Made by a program: the position numbers and the translations under genes. A stretch of DNA of 64,000 nt. It comes from Candidatus Delongbacteria bacterium (GTDB lineage: Bacteria; CAIWAD01). Below are positions 10,513 through 19,896 of this stretch, piece after piece (within the stretch, counting starts at the first letter, position 1; every line of letters starts with the position of its first letter). The stretch is from assembly GCA_963663545.1 (NCBI GenBank), contig OY760505.1, positions 1,184,001 through 1,248,000 of the forward strand, in the 5' to 3' direction. A model generated the notes under the pieces. It did not search any database. It was not told the DNA's origin and saw nothing but the letters and a program-made list of their open reading frames with translations.

Positions 10513-10558
10513 GGTGTCTGGCACCCCTCTGGCACCCCTCTGACCCCTGTCTGGCACC
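10513..10558. repeat. Short REP-like repeat cluster (CTGGCACC/CTGACCCC units)
   Basis: GGTGTCTGGCACCCCTCTGGCACCCCTCTGACCCCTGTCTGGCACC; further TGGCAC units near 10683-10700. Confidence 0.6.
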
Positions 10559-10785
10559 TTGGCTGTTTTCACAGAACTTAGCACAGGAAACATCTGCTTC
10601 TTTTTGATTTTTATATATTTAGCACAACTTCCGAACTTCAATCTGCTACGCCAGGGTAGCACACACTGCGAGATGTCTCCCCCTGGCACCCTTTGGCACT
10701 CTACGGCAGAATCCGTACTCAGAGAGTAACTAATGGATTTTCAGGGTGTTGGAGAGCATCAAAGGCCACCCAAAGCGAATCACGC

Positions 10786-10812
10786 TCATTTTGGCCCGCC
10801 CTTTGCCGTTTC
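10786..10812 (+). promoter_or_regulatory. Putative sigma28 (FliA)-type promoter
   Basis: TCAT-N15-GCCGTTTC versus consensus TAAA-N15-GCCGATAA, about 30 bp before the FlgM-like gene. Confidence 0.4.
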
Positions 10813-10841
10813 AGAATCGTATGTAAGCAACAGGGGGAAAA

Positions 10842-11174
10842 ATGATCCAGCGTACGACGACTACCCAAAACGTTCACATCAGCACCACGGCTACTACCAA
10901 CCCGGTTTCCGATACTCTGCGCCGCTTCAAAATGCGCAAGCGCGATTTCGAGGAGCGCCTGGCGGCGGTGCGTGAGGAGCGTGACGATCTGCGGCACCTC
11001 GTCTGCATTCCTGTCAATCCCCGCGCCCGGCAGAACCCGATGCTGGACGCTGAAAAGGACAGTCGCCTGGTGGAGATCTTCCATAAGGTGGACGCTGGCC
11101 ACTACACGCGCCCCGAGGTGACCGAAGAGCTGACCGAGCGTCTGCTTTCCCGCCTTTGGGATGTCAATCTCTAG
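10842..11174 (+). CDS. Small protein with FlgM-like C-terminus
   Basis: RBS AGGGGG; SRLVEIFHKVDAGHYTRPEVTEELTERLL resembles the FlgM sigma28-binding helices; terminator follows. Confidence 0.55.
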   Translation: MIQRTTTTQNVHISTTATTNPVSDTLRRFKMRKRDFEERLAAVREERDDLRHLVCIPVNPRARQNPMLDAEKDSRLVEIFHKVDAGHYTRPEVTEELTERLLSRLWDVNL

Positions 11175-11201
11175 CATCTCCTTCTTCAAGCTTCAATTGA
11201 T

Positions 11202-11226
11202 AACCAGGCCCTGCGGGGCCTGGTTT
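11202..11226 (+). terminator. Intrinsic terminator
   Basis: AACCAGGCCC-TGCG-GGGCCTGGTTT. Confidence 0.7.
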
Positions 11227-11356
11227 GCGTCAACCCTACGCAACTCTTTGTTTCCTCACGGCATTTGGTAATTTGATCCGTTCTTCTCGCACCAGGCCAA
11301 GACTTGGGCGGACGATTTTGCAATCGAGCAACGGGATAGCAAACGAGGACAGGTCT

Positions 11357-12862
11357 ATGCAGCGATTGATCCTAAGCGTGTTGACCCTCGCCGCGCTGAC
11401 TGCCGGAACCCAGGCGCAGGAAGCGTCTAGCGGTGGCTGGACCAGTAATGTGAGCGGATCGGCGGGCATTGGTGCCGTCACCATGGATGGTGTGACCTAT
11501 ACGCAGATCTCCCTGCGACCGGAAATTCCCATCGGAAAACTGGGAATCGCACTGGACCTGACCCTCTACTTCGACGAAGACGGCGGCATTCGCAAAGAGG
11601 ACTGGGACGAGGGCCGCGACATCATTGAAAAGATCTATTACCTGCGCTGGGGACATCGCGGAGATCCCGTCTACCTGCGAGCGGGAGCCATTGACCAGTT
11701 CACACTGGGCTACGGCATCTTGGTGCGCAACTACGCCAACACCATGGAATACCCCACCGTCAAGCGCGTCGGCCTCGAATGGGACCTGCGCCCCGGTCGC
11801 CCGCAGATTGAGGGTTTCGTTGGCAATCTGGCGGAGTTGGACGGCCCGGGCTTGGTGGGTCTTCGCGTGAGCTACCCGGTATTGGGCAAGCTGCGTGTAG
11901 GCGGTGGCCTGGTCTACGACGGTAACATGTACGCGGGCATCCATGACCAGGATGACGACAATGTGCCGGATGAGCTGGATCGCTACACCGATCGTAATGA
12001 TCTGGACGAGTACAACATGTGGCACGATATCGATGATCAAGTGGACGACGATCTATGGGAGCTGATCCACGATAGCCCCAACTTCCCGGGCGATGCCTGG
12101 CTTGCCCAGCTTCCTGCTGACTACGGCGATGCAGATCAGGATCTTCTGGCCTGGACCGCCGACGTTGGCTATGAGCTTCTACCCAAGCTGGATGTGTACT
12201 TCCAGACGGCCGGTTTTCAGGACTACGGCATGGGCTACGCGCCGGGTGTGGTCTGGCGTCCGCTGAGCTGGCTGAGTGCTGGGATTGAGTATCGCATTTG
12301 GGATGAGCAGTTCATTGGCGACTTCTTCAACAGCAGCTACGACATGGAGCGCGTGTACTTCACCGGTGATACGCTGCTGACCAAACGAGAGAAGCTGGAA
12401 GAAGCTCCCGCCAGGCATGGGTACTATGCCGACCTGAACGTCAACGCCTTCAACTTGATCCAGTTGCGCGCTGAGTACAATACGATGCGCCCGAAAGACG
12501 ATGGCTACTGGCAGGAGATCGCCGTGGGCGAAGGCGGACTTGAGTCGGATTCCGTGTTTGTGGAGTACGAAGATCGTTCTTCATTGACCGCATACGCAGG
12601 ACTCAATGTCAGTCGCATTCCAAAGTTGAGTGAACTCTCGGCGTATTACAGCCAGACGGATGTTGACAACCTTTTCGAGTTTCGCACAGAATCTACTGTG
12701 CATGGCTTCAAGGTCGGCTGGGAAATCTCAAGCGGTGTAACACTTGCCCTGAACTGGCGCACCAGTTACAACGATTTGAACGGCGACATGGAAATTCACG
12801 GTTCTGAGGAACGCAATCGCACCTTCCTGGTAGAAACCGTCTTCCGTTTTGGCGCCAACTAG
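11357..12862 (+). CDS. Putative outer-membrane beta-barrel protein
   Basis: GAGGA RBS, signal peptide MQRLILSVLTLAALTAGTQA, amphipathic aromatic strands, acidic Ca-binding-like insert DQDDDNVPDELD, C-terminal VETVFRF. Confidence 0.75.
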   Translation: MQRLILSVLTLAALTAGTQAQEASSGGWTSNVSGSAGIGAVTMDGVTYTQISLRPEIPIGKLGIALDLTLYFDEDGGIRKEDWDEGRDIIEKIYYLRWGHRGDPVYLRAGAIDQFTLGYGILVRNYANTMEYPTVKRVGLEWDLRPGRPQIEGFVGNLAELDGPGLVGLRVSYPVLGKLRVGGGLVYDGNMYAGIHDQDDDNVPDELDRYTDRNDLDEYNMWHDIDDQVDDDLWELIHDSPNFPGDAWLAQLPADYGDADQDLLAWTADVGYELLPKLDVYFQTAGFQDYGMGYAPGVVWRPLSWLSAGIEYRIWDEQFIGDFFNSSYDMERVYFTGDTLLTKREKLEEAPARHGYYADLNVNAFNLIQLRAEYNTMRPKDDGYWQEIAVGEGGLESDSVFVEYEDRSSLTAYAGLNVSRIPKLSELSAYYSQTDVDNLFEFRTESTVHGFKVGWEISSGVTLALNWRTSYNDLNGDMEIHGSEERNRTFLVETVFRFGAN

Positions 12863-12889
12863 CGTGTTACACTTCGGCTGAATTGTAAG

Positions 12890-12914
12890 AACGCCCGGCA
12901 TCTGTCGGGCGTTT
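12890..12914. terminator. Intrinsic terminator between convergent genes
   Basis: AACGCCCGGCA-TC-TGTCGGGCGTTT. Confidence 0.7.
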
Positions 12915-12939
12915 CATTTGTATCACATGCCAGCGAAAG

Positions 12940-13734
12940 CTAGTTGCGTCTCACGCCCTTGAGCTTGGTCACCACCCAGGTACCACCACGAGCCTTGTCG
13001 CGTGTTACTTCCACGATATCGTAACGCTGGGCTTCTTCCAGAAAATCGCCGAAGTTGCTGTAGCCCATATTGCCCTCACTAAAGGAGGGATTCTTACGGC
13101 GCATAGTGTCCTTGATCAAGCTGCCGTAGAGCACTTCCGTGCCTTCGCGCAGAAGGGCGTTGATGGTAGAAACAAGCAGACGGAACGAGGGCGCTTTCTC
13201 CTCCGGAATCTTGCTCTTGCCCAGACTGCTCTCGCTCTGCGCCGCCTCCTGGCCGATGTCCTCGTAGTAGATGAACTCGTCGCAATTCTCAACCAGCAGA
13301 TCGCTGGTACTTTCGCGCATACCAATGCCGATGATCAGCTTGTTGTTCTCGCGAAGCTTGGCCACAAGCGGACTGAAGTCGCTGTCACCAGAAACAATGA
13401 CGAAGGTGTCGATGTGTGTGTTGGTGTGACACAAATCCATCGCATCCACGACCAGACGAATATCAGCGCTGTTCTTGCCGGTCATCGAGCGCTTGGGAAT
13501 TTCCACCAGCTCTACACCAGCCGCGTGCAACTGATCCTTCTCTTTGCTGTAGAAGTGCCAATCAGCGTAGGCTTTTTTCGTGATAATGCGCCCCTTCTCC
13601 AGCATGCGATCCAACACCAGCCGAATATCGAAGCGCGGTTTGCGTGCGCCACGAACGCCAATGGCTACGTTGTCGAAATCAATGAAGAGAGCCAGGTTGC
13701 GGCTCTGTAAATGGAAAGCGTACTCGCCGTTCAT
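12940..13734 (-). CDS. NYN domain (LabA/DUF88) protein with C-terminal OST-HTH/LOTUS domain
   Basis: ALFIDFDN, GKNSADIRLVVDA, IVSGDSDF, CDEFIYY; C-terminal LIKDTMRRKNPSFSE..GYSNF. Confidence 0.93.
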   Translation of the reverse strand: MNGEYAFHLQSRNLALFIDFDNVAIGVRGARKPRFDIRLVLDRMLEKGRIITKKAYADWHFYSKEKDQLHAAGVELVEIPKRSMTGKNSADIRLVVDAMDLCHTNTHIDTFVIVSGDSDFSPLVAKLRENNKLIIGIGMRESTSDLLVENCDEFIYYEDIGQEAAQSESSLGKSKIPEEKAPSFRLLVSTINALLREGTEVLYGSLIKDTMRRKNPSFSEGNMGYSNFGDFLEEAQRYDIVEVTRDKARGGTWVVTKLKGVRRN

Positions 13735-13778
13735 TCCTCTTTCTCCTTACGGGAATTCCCGCACTCAGCGGATCAGGC

Positions 13779-14879
13779 TCAGGAGTTGGCCCATTCCCAG
13801 ACGCTACTCTTCGCGGGTTCGGGAAGCCTTCCGCCAAGCTGCTCTTCCTGATCCAGCACCTCCTGCATGTCAGCAGGCATGGGTGCCATGAATTCCAGAC
13901 GCTGTCCAGTAATGGGGTGTTCGAATCCCATTCTCCAACTGTGCAGTGCCTGCCGTTGTATCACCTGCAAATAGGCGTTGGCCCGTGCTACGCGGTCGCC
14001 GGTAAAGCCACCGCGTTTTGGATCACGGCCACCGTAGGCCTCATCGCCAAAAACAGGATGCCCCAGATGCTGCAGGTGAACGCGAATCTGGTGTGTTCTG
14101 CCCGTCTCCAGCTTGAGTTCCATCAGCGACAAAAAGTCAAAGCGCGCAACGGTCTTATAGTGTGTTACAGCGCGCCGTCCGCGTCCGTTATGCACTACAG
14201 CCATCTTCAGCCGATCCCGTGGATCACGGCCGATATCCCCTTCAATGCTGCCCTGCAATCGCTTAGGACTGGTCCACACAAGCGCTCGATAGATGCGTTG
14301 CACATCATGGCGAAAGAACATACCGGAAAGCGCCGCCGCCGTCTCTGGTGTTCGCGCAATCACCATCAATCCAGTAGTATCCTTGTCGAGACGATGCACA
14401 ATTCCCGGGCGGAATTCCTCCCCTGCTTCCTCCGGCAAATCATCCAAGTAGCCCATCAGCGCATTCACCAGTGTACCAGAGAAATTGCCCCGCGCCGGAT
14501 GCACGACCATTCCCGCCGATTTGTTGATCACCATCAGGTGCTCATCCTCGTACAGGATATCCAGCGGAATCTCTTCTGCGTGTATCACCGGTCGTGGTTT
14601 GCGTGGAACCCGTACGAGTACACGTGTTCCCGGTAGCACCTTTTGTGATACACGTATCACCTGCTGCTCGTCGAGCCAGACCATGCCTTGACTGATGATG
14701 TGCTGAATGAAGGTGCGTGAGACCCACTTGATCTGGCGCGCCAGATAACGGTCCACGCGCTCTGGATTGTGGTTATTGCCGCTCTCCAGCACTACTTCTT
14801 CCACCTCACTGAACTCGGGAGGAAGCTCAGTACCGGCGTTTTGGTAGCGGATGTAGGTCTTTCGTCCGCGCGGGCTCAT
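13779..14879 (-). CDS. rluD: RluA/RluD family pseudouridine synthase
   Basis: S4 domain (RVDRYL), NKSAGMVVHP, GIVHRLDKDTTG, LETGRTHQIRVH, RQALH. Confidence 0.95.
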   Translation of the reverse strand: MSPRGRKTYIRYQNAGTELPPEFSEVEEVVLESGNNHNPERVDRYLARQIKWVSRTFIQHIISQGMVWLDEQQVIRVSQKVLPGTRVLVRVPRKPRPVIHAEEIPLDILYEDEHLMVINKSAGMVVHPARGNFSGTLVNALMGYLDDLPEEAGEEFRPGIVHRLDKDTTGLMVIARTPETAAALSGMFFRHDVQRIYRALVWTSPKRLQGSIEGDIGRDPRDRLKMAVVHNGRGRRAVTHYKTVARFDFLSLMELKLETGRTHQIRVHLQHLGHPVFGDEAYGGRDPKRGGFTGDRVARANAYLQVIQRQALHSWRMGFEHPITGQRLEFMAPMPADMQEVLDQEEQLGGRLPEPAKSSVWEWANS

Positions 14880-15424
14880 TCTGGATCCAATCGCCCCGTC
14901 AGCGACAGTCCGATGAGCAGCAGCATGCTGACGAAGATATAGCTATCGGCAAGATTGAACACCCACCAGCGCTCAAGCAGATATCCGCCCCATGCCAGTG
15001 GACCGAAACTGATGTCCGGCAACATTACATCCGGAAAGTCTACGCTGATCATATCTGTGACACTGCCGCGCACGGCCCTGTCAATCAAGTTCCCCAATGC
15101 GCCGCCCAACACCCAAGGCATCAGCGCTGCAATCCAGTCGACACCGGGCACAGGCCGCTTCTCTCCGTGACTCCTGCCCAGTCGACGCCACAGCCACCAG
15201 CCAAGCGCACAGACAACGCCAAGTGATACAAGACTGAGCGCCCACATCGGCATCAACCGGGCGCCCATGACCGCATGACGATTTTCAACGTGAGTAAAGT
15301 GCAAAAGGTCACCGAACACACGCAGCGTATCCCCTTCAGGGATCCACAGGCGCACGGCAACCTTGCTGAGTTGATCGGCAAGCATACTGCCGATGACGAT
15401 CAACAATGCGTTACGACGTGTGAT
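14876..15424 (-). CDS. lspA: Lipoprotein signal peptidase II
   Basis: DQLSK, GGALGNLIDR, VTDMI, VFNLADS. Start placed at an ATC 6 nt after AGGAGG; TTG at 15406 is the alternative. Confidence 0.92.
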   Translation of the reverse strand: MTRRNALLIVIGSMLADQLSKVAVRLWIPEGDTLRVFGDLLHFTHVENRHAVMGARLMPMWALSLVSLGVVCALGWWLWRRLGRSHGEKRPVPGVDWIAALMPWVLGGALGNLIDRAVRGSVTDMISVDFPDVMLPDISFGPLAWGGYLLERWWVFNLADSYIFVSMLLLIGLSLTGRLDPE

Positions 15425-15439
15425 ACAAAACCTCCTGGA

Positions 15440-15829
15440 TCACCCTTCTTCGCCCGCGCTCTTGCAATTGATGCAGAGCTTGGCTGTGGGCACGGCAATC
15501 AGCCGTCCTTCGGAGATTTTGCTACCGCATTTCGAACAGACGCCATACGTGCCGTTCTCGATGCGCTCGAGAGCACTCTCAAGAGTCTGAATGTACTTGC
15601 CCTGACGCGCGGCAAACATGAAGGTCTTCTCGCGCTCCTGGGCGTCAGTGCCTTGATCGGCCATGTGGAAGGAATAAGTGCTGCTTTCGCCGGCGGCCTC
15701 GGACAGGCTTTTCTCCAGCTCTCGCTTGCAGTACTCGAGTTCTTCCTGTGCCTCCTGGCGCTTGTCGTCCAGCCGCTGCCGGAAGCGTTCCAGCTCCTTG
15801 GCGGTGTAGTGGGGATTCTTCTTGGCCAT
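15440..15829 (-). CDS. DksA/TraR C4 zinc-finger protein
   Basis: HMADQGTD...ALERIENGTYGVCSKCG..I...RLIAVPTAKLCINC. Confidence 0.95.
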   Translation of the reverse strand: MAKKNPHYTAKELERFRQRLDDKRQEAQEELEYCKRELEKSLSEAAGESSTYSFHMADQGTDAQEREKTFMFAARQGKYIQTLESALERIENGTYGVCSKCGSKISEGRLIAVPTAKLCINCKSAGEEG

Positions 15830-15874
15830 GCCTCACTCCTCAGTCGGCAAGGTACTTGGTTTCGTCCGTCCAGC

Positions 15875-18800
15875 TCAGGCGTCGACGCGAGTCAGGCCAA
15901 TGGCTGCATCGGTGTCATTCAAGCTTATCGGCTTCAAACCCTCGGAAATTTCAGCCCTTACTAGGCGAAGAGCCAGCGTTTCCCGGCAGACCGTATCGCC
16001 GAAAGCCCTCAGCATCTCGTCGAGCGCCTCAGGTCCATAAAGTACAAGCTCAATGCGATCCGAAACATCCAGACCGCTCTCCTTGCGCAAATTCTGCACG
16101 CGGTTCACTAATTCGCGCGCCAGGCCTTCCTGTACCAGCTCCGGGGTTAGCGCGGTCTCGAGGGCAACCGTGAAGCCCTGCTCGGTGACCACCTTGTACC
16201 CCTCGCGCTCGCTGCGCTGGATTTGCAGATCCGCGAGCTCAACGGGCTGTCCAAGGACGTCCAGACTTTCGCCAGCCTCCAGTCGACTCACTTCGGCCAT
16301 ACCCCAGGTAGCAATTTCCTTGGCCACCATCGGCATTTGCTTGCCGTAGCGCTTGCCCAACTCGCGGAAATTGGGCTTCAGGCTGAGCTCCACCAGATCT
16401 GCCTCGTTGCGACTGATCTCGACCTGCTTGACGTTCAGCTCCTCGCGGATGAGCTGCTCCATGCGCGTCACGGCTTCGTCGCTCTCGCCAAGGCCTACGA
16501 CGATCAGCATCTTCGAGAGCGGCTGACGAACTTTAATCTGGTGCTGCGCGCGCAGGCTGCGTCCCAGGCGAACAGCGTGATACACCGTTGCCATGTCGCG
16601 CTCCAGCTCTGTGTCACGCAGGTTTGCATTTGCAGCTGGCCAGTCGGCCAGGTGCACGGAATCGGGTGCGCCTTTTTCGGCCGCACGTATCACACGCTGC
16701 CAAATGACTTCTGTAACGAAGGGCAGGAAAGGCGCCAACACCAGCGTCAGACGACGCACTACCTGATAGAGCGTATTGTAGGCCGAGTTCTTGTCGGCGT
16801 CGTCTTCGTTCTTCCAGAAGCGCGCCCGGCTGCGGCGGATGTACCAGTTGGAGAGCTCATCCATGTATTCCATGATCGCCTGGCTGGCACGGAACACATC
16901 GTAGGCATCCAGAGCCTGCTCGACGCTTTCCACCAGCCGCTCCGTAGTTGACAGCAGCCAGCGATCCAGCTCGCAACTTGGCGCGATGGTCGTGGCAGAC
17001 GGCTGCCAGTCGTCAACGGATGCATACGTCACGAAGAAACTGCAGATGTTCCAGTATGGAATGAGCACCTGCTTGACCGCCTCGCGTATCACATCCTCAC
17101 TGAAACGCTTGGCGTTCCAGGGATTGCTGTTGAAGAAGGTCCAGCGCACGGCGTCGGCGCCGAAGCGCTCAAAGGTCTCCATAGGATCGACCACGTTGCC
17201 GAAAGTCTTGGACATCTTGCGTCCTTCGGCATCGGCGATCAGACCGGTGCAGATCACGTTGCGGAAGCTGGATTGCCCCGTCAGAATGGTAGACACAGCC
17301 AGCATGGTGTAAAACCAGCCACGGGTCTGGTCCAGACCCTCGCAGATGAAATCCGCCGGGAACTGTGATTCAAACTTCTCCACCGAACCCGGCTTGGCGG
17401 GATAGCCCCACTGTCCCCAGGGCATCAGGCCTGCGTTGAACCAACAGTCCAGCAGATAAGGCTCACGCTCCATGCGCTTGCCACACTTCGGGCAGGCCAC
17501 GGGCACCTGATCGATCCAGGGCACGTGCATGTCCATCCCGGGATCCACCGGCTCCTTCGAGTGCTTCGCCAGATCCGCCAGCGACTCTACGCAGATTGTG
17601 TGATGGCATTCCTCGTCGCTGCAGGTCCAGACCGGCAAAGGGCTTCCCCAGTAGCGCTCGCGGCTGAGGGCCCAGTCGACATTGTTCTCGAGCCAGGTAC
17701 CGAAGCGGCCTTCCTTGATGGTTCCCGGTACCCAGTTGATGTCTTGATTGGCGCGAATCAGATCCTCGCGTACGGCAGTCGTACGAATGAACCAGCTCGA
17801 CTTGGCGTGATACATCAGCGGGCTGTCGCACTTATAGCAGAAGGGATAGGAGTGCTCGTGTTTCTCCTTGCTGAAAGAAAGGCCGCGGCCCGCCAGGTCG
17901 CGCAGGATTTCCACATCCAGCCCTTCTTCGCGGAAGTAGCGACCGGCGTAAACGCCGCATTCCTTCGTGAAACTTCCGGTGTCATCTACGTGCTGCACGC
18001 GCGGCATATCGTTCTTGCGAATCAGGCGATAGTCGTCCTCGCCGTAGAGCGCCAGATGTACAATGCCCGTGCCGTCCTCAGCAGTGACGTACTCGTCCAC
18101 TACAGTGAAGTGACCTTTGCGCCCTTCGCGATCTTCGCCTGCGAAGTAGTCCCACAGCGGCTTGTAAGCAATTCCGCCCAGCTCGCAGCCGCGAGCGCGA
18201 CGTATCACATCGTGCTCGCCATCACCCAACACCTTCTGCACCAGCGCTTCTGCCAGCACCAGAACCTGCCCTTCATGACGCACCCAGACATAGTCCAGAT
18301 CCGGCCCCAGCGCCAGCGCGACATTGCCAATCAGCGTCCAAGGCGTAGTTGTCCATGCCAGAAAGAAAGCACCCGGCTCCTCGGCGAACTCGAAGCGCGC
18401 AGTCAGCGTCAGATCAGTGACATCCTTATAACCCTGTGCTACTTCATGACTGGAGAGCGTTGTCCCACAGCGGGGACAATAGGGCATGATCTTGTAATCC
18501 TTGTACAGGAGGCCCTTGTCCCAGATCTGCTTCGTGACCCACCAGTCGGACTGGATATAGTCGTTGGTCAGCGTGGCATAGTTGTCTTCCAAATCCAGAA
18601 AGCGGCCGATGCGACGAATGGCCGTCTCCCACTCGTCTTTGAAACGGAAGACGGTGCTACGGCAGTGCTCCTGGAAACGTTCGATACCGAAGGCGGGAAT
18701 CTCGCTCTTGTCCTTGATTCCCAGCTCCTTCTCGGCCTTCAGCTCCACGGGCAAGCCGTGGGTGTCCCAACCGGCGCGGCGTATCACGCGGTTGCCCTGC

Positions 18801-19027
18801 ATGGTTTTATAGCGCGGCCACAAATCCTTGAGCGCGCTCTGCATCATATGCCCAACGTGGGGCAGGCCGTTGGTCCCCGGAGGGCCATCGTAAAAAACCC
18901 AGTCCGGACAGCCCTTGCGCTGCTCAAGACTGCGTTCGAAAACCCGCTCTTTCTCCCAGAAAGTGAGGATCGTCTGTTCCAGTTCAGGGAAGGATACGTT
19001 CTGCGGGACGGGTTGATATCTGCTCAC
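15875..19027 (-). CDS. ileS: Isoleucyl-tRNA synthetase, type 2 (long C-terminus, no C-terminal Zn finger)
   Basis: DGPP..NGLPHVGH, GWDTHGLP, WTTTPWTL, DWALSRERYWG, EGLDQTRGWF, KMSKT, EGLARELVNRVQNLRK. Confidence 0.98.
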   Translation of the reverse strand: MSRYQPVPQNVSFPELEQTILTFWEKERVFERSLEQRKGCPDWVFYDGPPGTNGLPHVGHMMQSALKDLWPRYKTMQGNRVIRRAGWDTHGLPVELKAEKELGIKDKSEIPAFGIERFQEHCRSTVFRFKDEWETAIRRIGRFLDLEDNYATLTNDYIQSDWWVTKQIWDKGLLYKDYKIMPYCPRCGTTLSSHEVAQGYKDVTDLTLTARFEFAEEPGAFFLAWTTTPWTLIGNVALALGPDLDYVWVRHEGQVLVLAEALVQKVLGDGEHDVIRRARGCELGGIAYKPLWDYFAGEDREGRKGHFTVVDEYVTAEDGTGIVHLALYGEDDYRLIRKNDMPRVQHVDDTGSFTKECGVYAGRYFREEGLDVEILRDLAGRGLSFSKEKHEHSYPFCYKCDSPLMYHAKSSWFIRTTAVREDLIRANQDINWVPGTIKEGRFGTWLENNVDWALSRERYWGSPLPVWTCSDEECHHTICVESLADLAKHSKEPVDPGMDMHVPWIDQVPVACPKCGKRMEREPYLLDCWFNAGLMPWGQWGYPAKPGSVEKFESQFPADFICEGLDQTRGWFYTMLAVSTILTGQSSFRNVICTGLIADAEGRKMSKTFGNVVDPMETFERFGADAVRWTFFNSNPWNAKRFSEDVIREAVKQVLIPYWNICSFFVTYASVDDWQPSATTIAPSCELDRWLLSTTERLVESVEQALDAYDVFRASQAIMEYMDELSNWYIRRSRARFWKNEDDADKNSAYNTLYQVVRRLTLVLAPFLPFVTEVIWQRVIRAAEKGAPDSVHLADWPAANANLRDTELERDMATVYHAVRLGRSLRAQHQIKVRQPLSKMLIVVGLGESDEAVTRMEQLIREELNVKQVEISRNEADLVELSLKPNFRELGKRYGKQMPMVAKEIATWGMAEVSRLEAGESLDVLGQPVELADLQIQRSEREGYKVVTEQGFTVALETALTPELVQEGLARELVNRVQNLRKESGLDVSDRIELVLYGPEALDEMLRAFGDTVCRETLALRLVRAEISEGLKPISLNDTDAAIGLTRVDA

Positions 19028-19051
19028 GATTTCCTCAAATCAATCAGCGTA

Positions 19052-19894
19052 TCACAGCGCGGCAACACGTGATACAACAGCGGTCACCAGACTGGTCAAA
19101 TGGGGTTCCGCCCCATTGGCCACAGCCACAATTTCCTCTTCCGAGACGGGGACCAGCGCCTCAGGGAAACACTCGTCGGTAATCACCGAAAAACCGCACA
19201 CGCGAATACCCGCGTGGCGCGCGATAATGCACTCGGGCACCGTGCTCATTCCCACAACATCGGAACCGATGATGCGCAGGAAGCGGTACTCGGCGCGCGT
19301 TTCCAGATTGGGTCCGGCGACGGCGGTGTACACGCCCTTCTGTAACGGAATGCGCAGGCGCAGGGCCTCCTCTTCTGCAATTGCAATCAACTCGCGATCG
19401 TAGGCCGCACTCATATCGGGGAAGCGCGGACCGAAATCATCCAGGTTCGGACCGATGAGTGGATTGTCCCCCAGCAGGTTGACGTGATCCTCGATCACCA
19501 TCAACTCGCCCTTGCGGTACTGAGGATTGACACAGCCGCAGGCATTGCTCACCAACAGGTAGTCTACACCAAGGCGCTTCAGCACACGCACCGGAAAGGT
19601 GATTTGCTGCATGCTGTAGCCTTCGTAGTAGTGGAAGCGTCCCTGCATGACGAGCACGGGAATCCCTCTCAGCCGGCCAGCAAGCAGACGCCCCTGGTGA
19701 CACTCCACCGTGGACAGCGGGAAATGGGGGATGTGCTCGTAGTCGAACTCGTGCTGGATCTCCAGATCCTTCACCAGCGCGCCAAGGCCGGTCCCCAGAA
19801 TAATCGCGACACGCGCGTCGAAGTCGCCCAGCCGCTCCTGCAGCCAGTCACTGGCCTCGGCGATCTCGCGAATCATTTTATCTCGATCGAACAT
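19052..19894 (-). CDS. punA: Purine nucleoside phosphorylase (trimeric type)
   Basis: IILGTGLG, QGRFHYYEGY, GPRFPDMS, GPNLETRAE, VGMSTVPE. Confidence 0.95.
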   Translation of the reverse strand: MFDRDKMIREIAEASDWLQERLGDFDARVAIILGTGLGALVKDLEIQHEFDYEHIPHFPLSTVECHQGRLLAGRLRGIPVLVMQGRFHYYEGYSMQQITFPVRVLKRLGVDYLLVSNACGCVNPQYRKGELMVIEDHVNLLGDNPLIGPNLDDFGPRFPDMSAAYDRELIAIAEEEALRLRIPLQKGVYTAVAGPNLETRAEYRFLRIIGSDVVGMSTVPECIIARHAGIRVCGFSVITDECFPEALVPVSEEEIVAVANGAEPHLTSLVTAVVSRVAAL

Positions 19895-19896
19895 GT

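Noticed and set aside
10519..10534. TGGCACCCCTCTGGCA as a sigma54 promoter
   Set aside because: GG-N10-GC spacing arises from an 11-bp tandem repeat, the -12 element is poor, and it lies about 300 bp from the next gene.
10578..10626. TTAGCAC as a CIRCE element before the J-domain gene
   Set aside because: Only half-sites in direct orientation; no GAGTGCTAA partner at 9-bp spacing.
11310..11323. GGCGGACGATTTTGC as a sigma54 promoter
   Set aside because: Spacing is GG-N11-GC, not the required N10.
17525..19072. Long antisense ORFs (also 2670-3722, 29479-32583, 34155-35390, 42177-43463, 58342-59898)
   Set aside because: Shadow frames opposite well-supported genes, expected in GC-rich DNA; no motifs.
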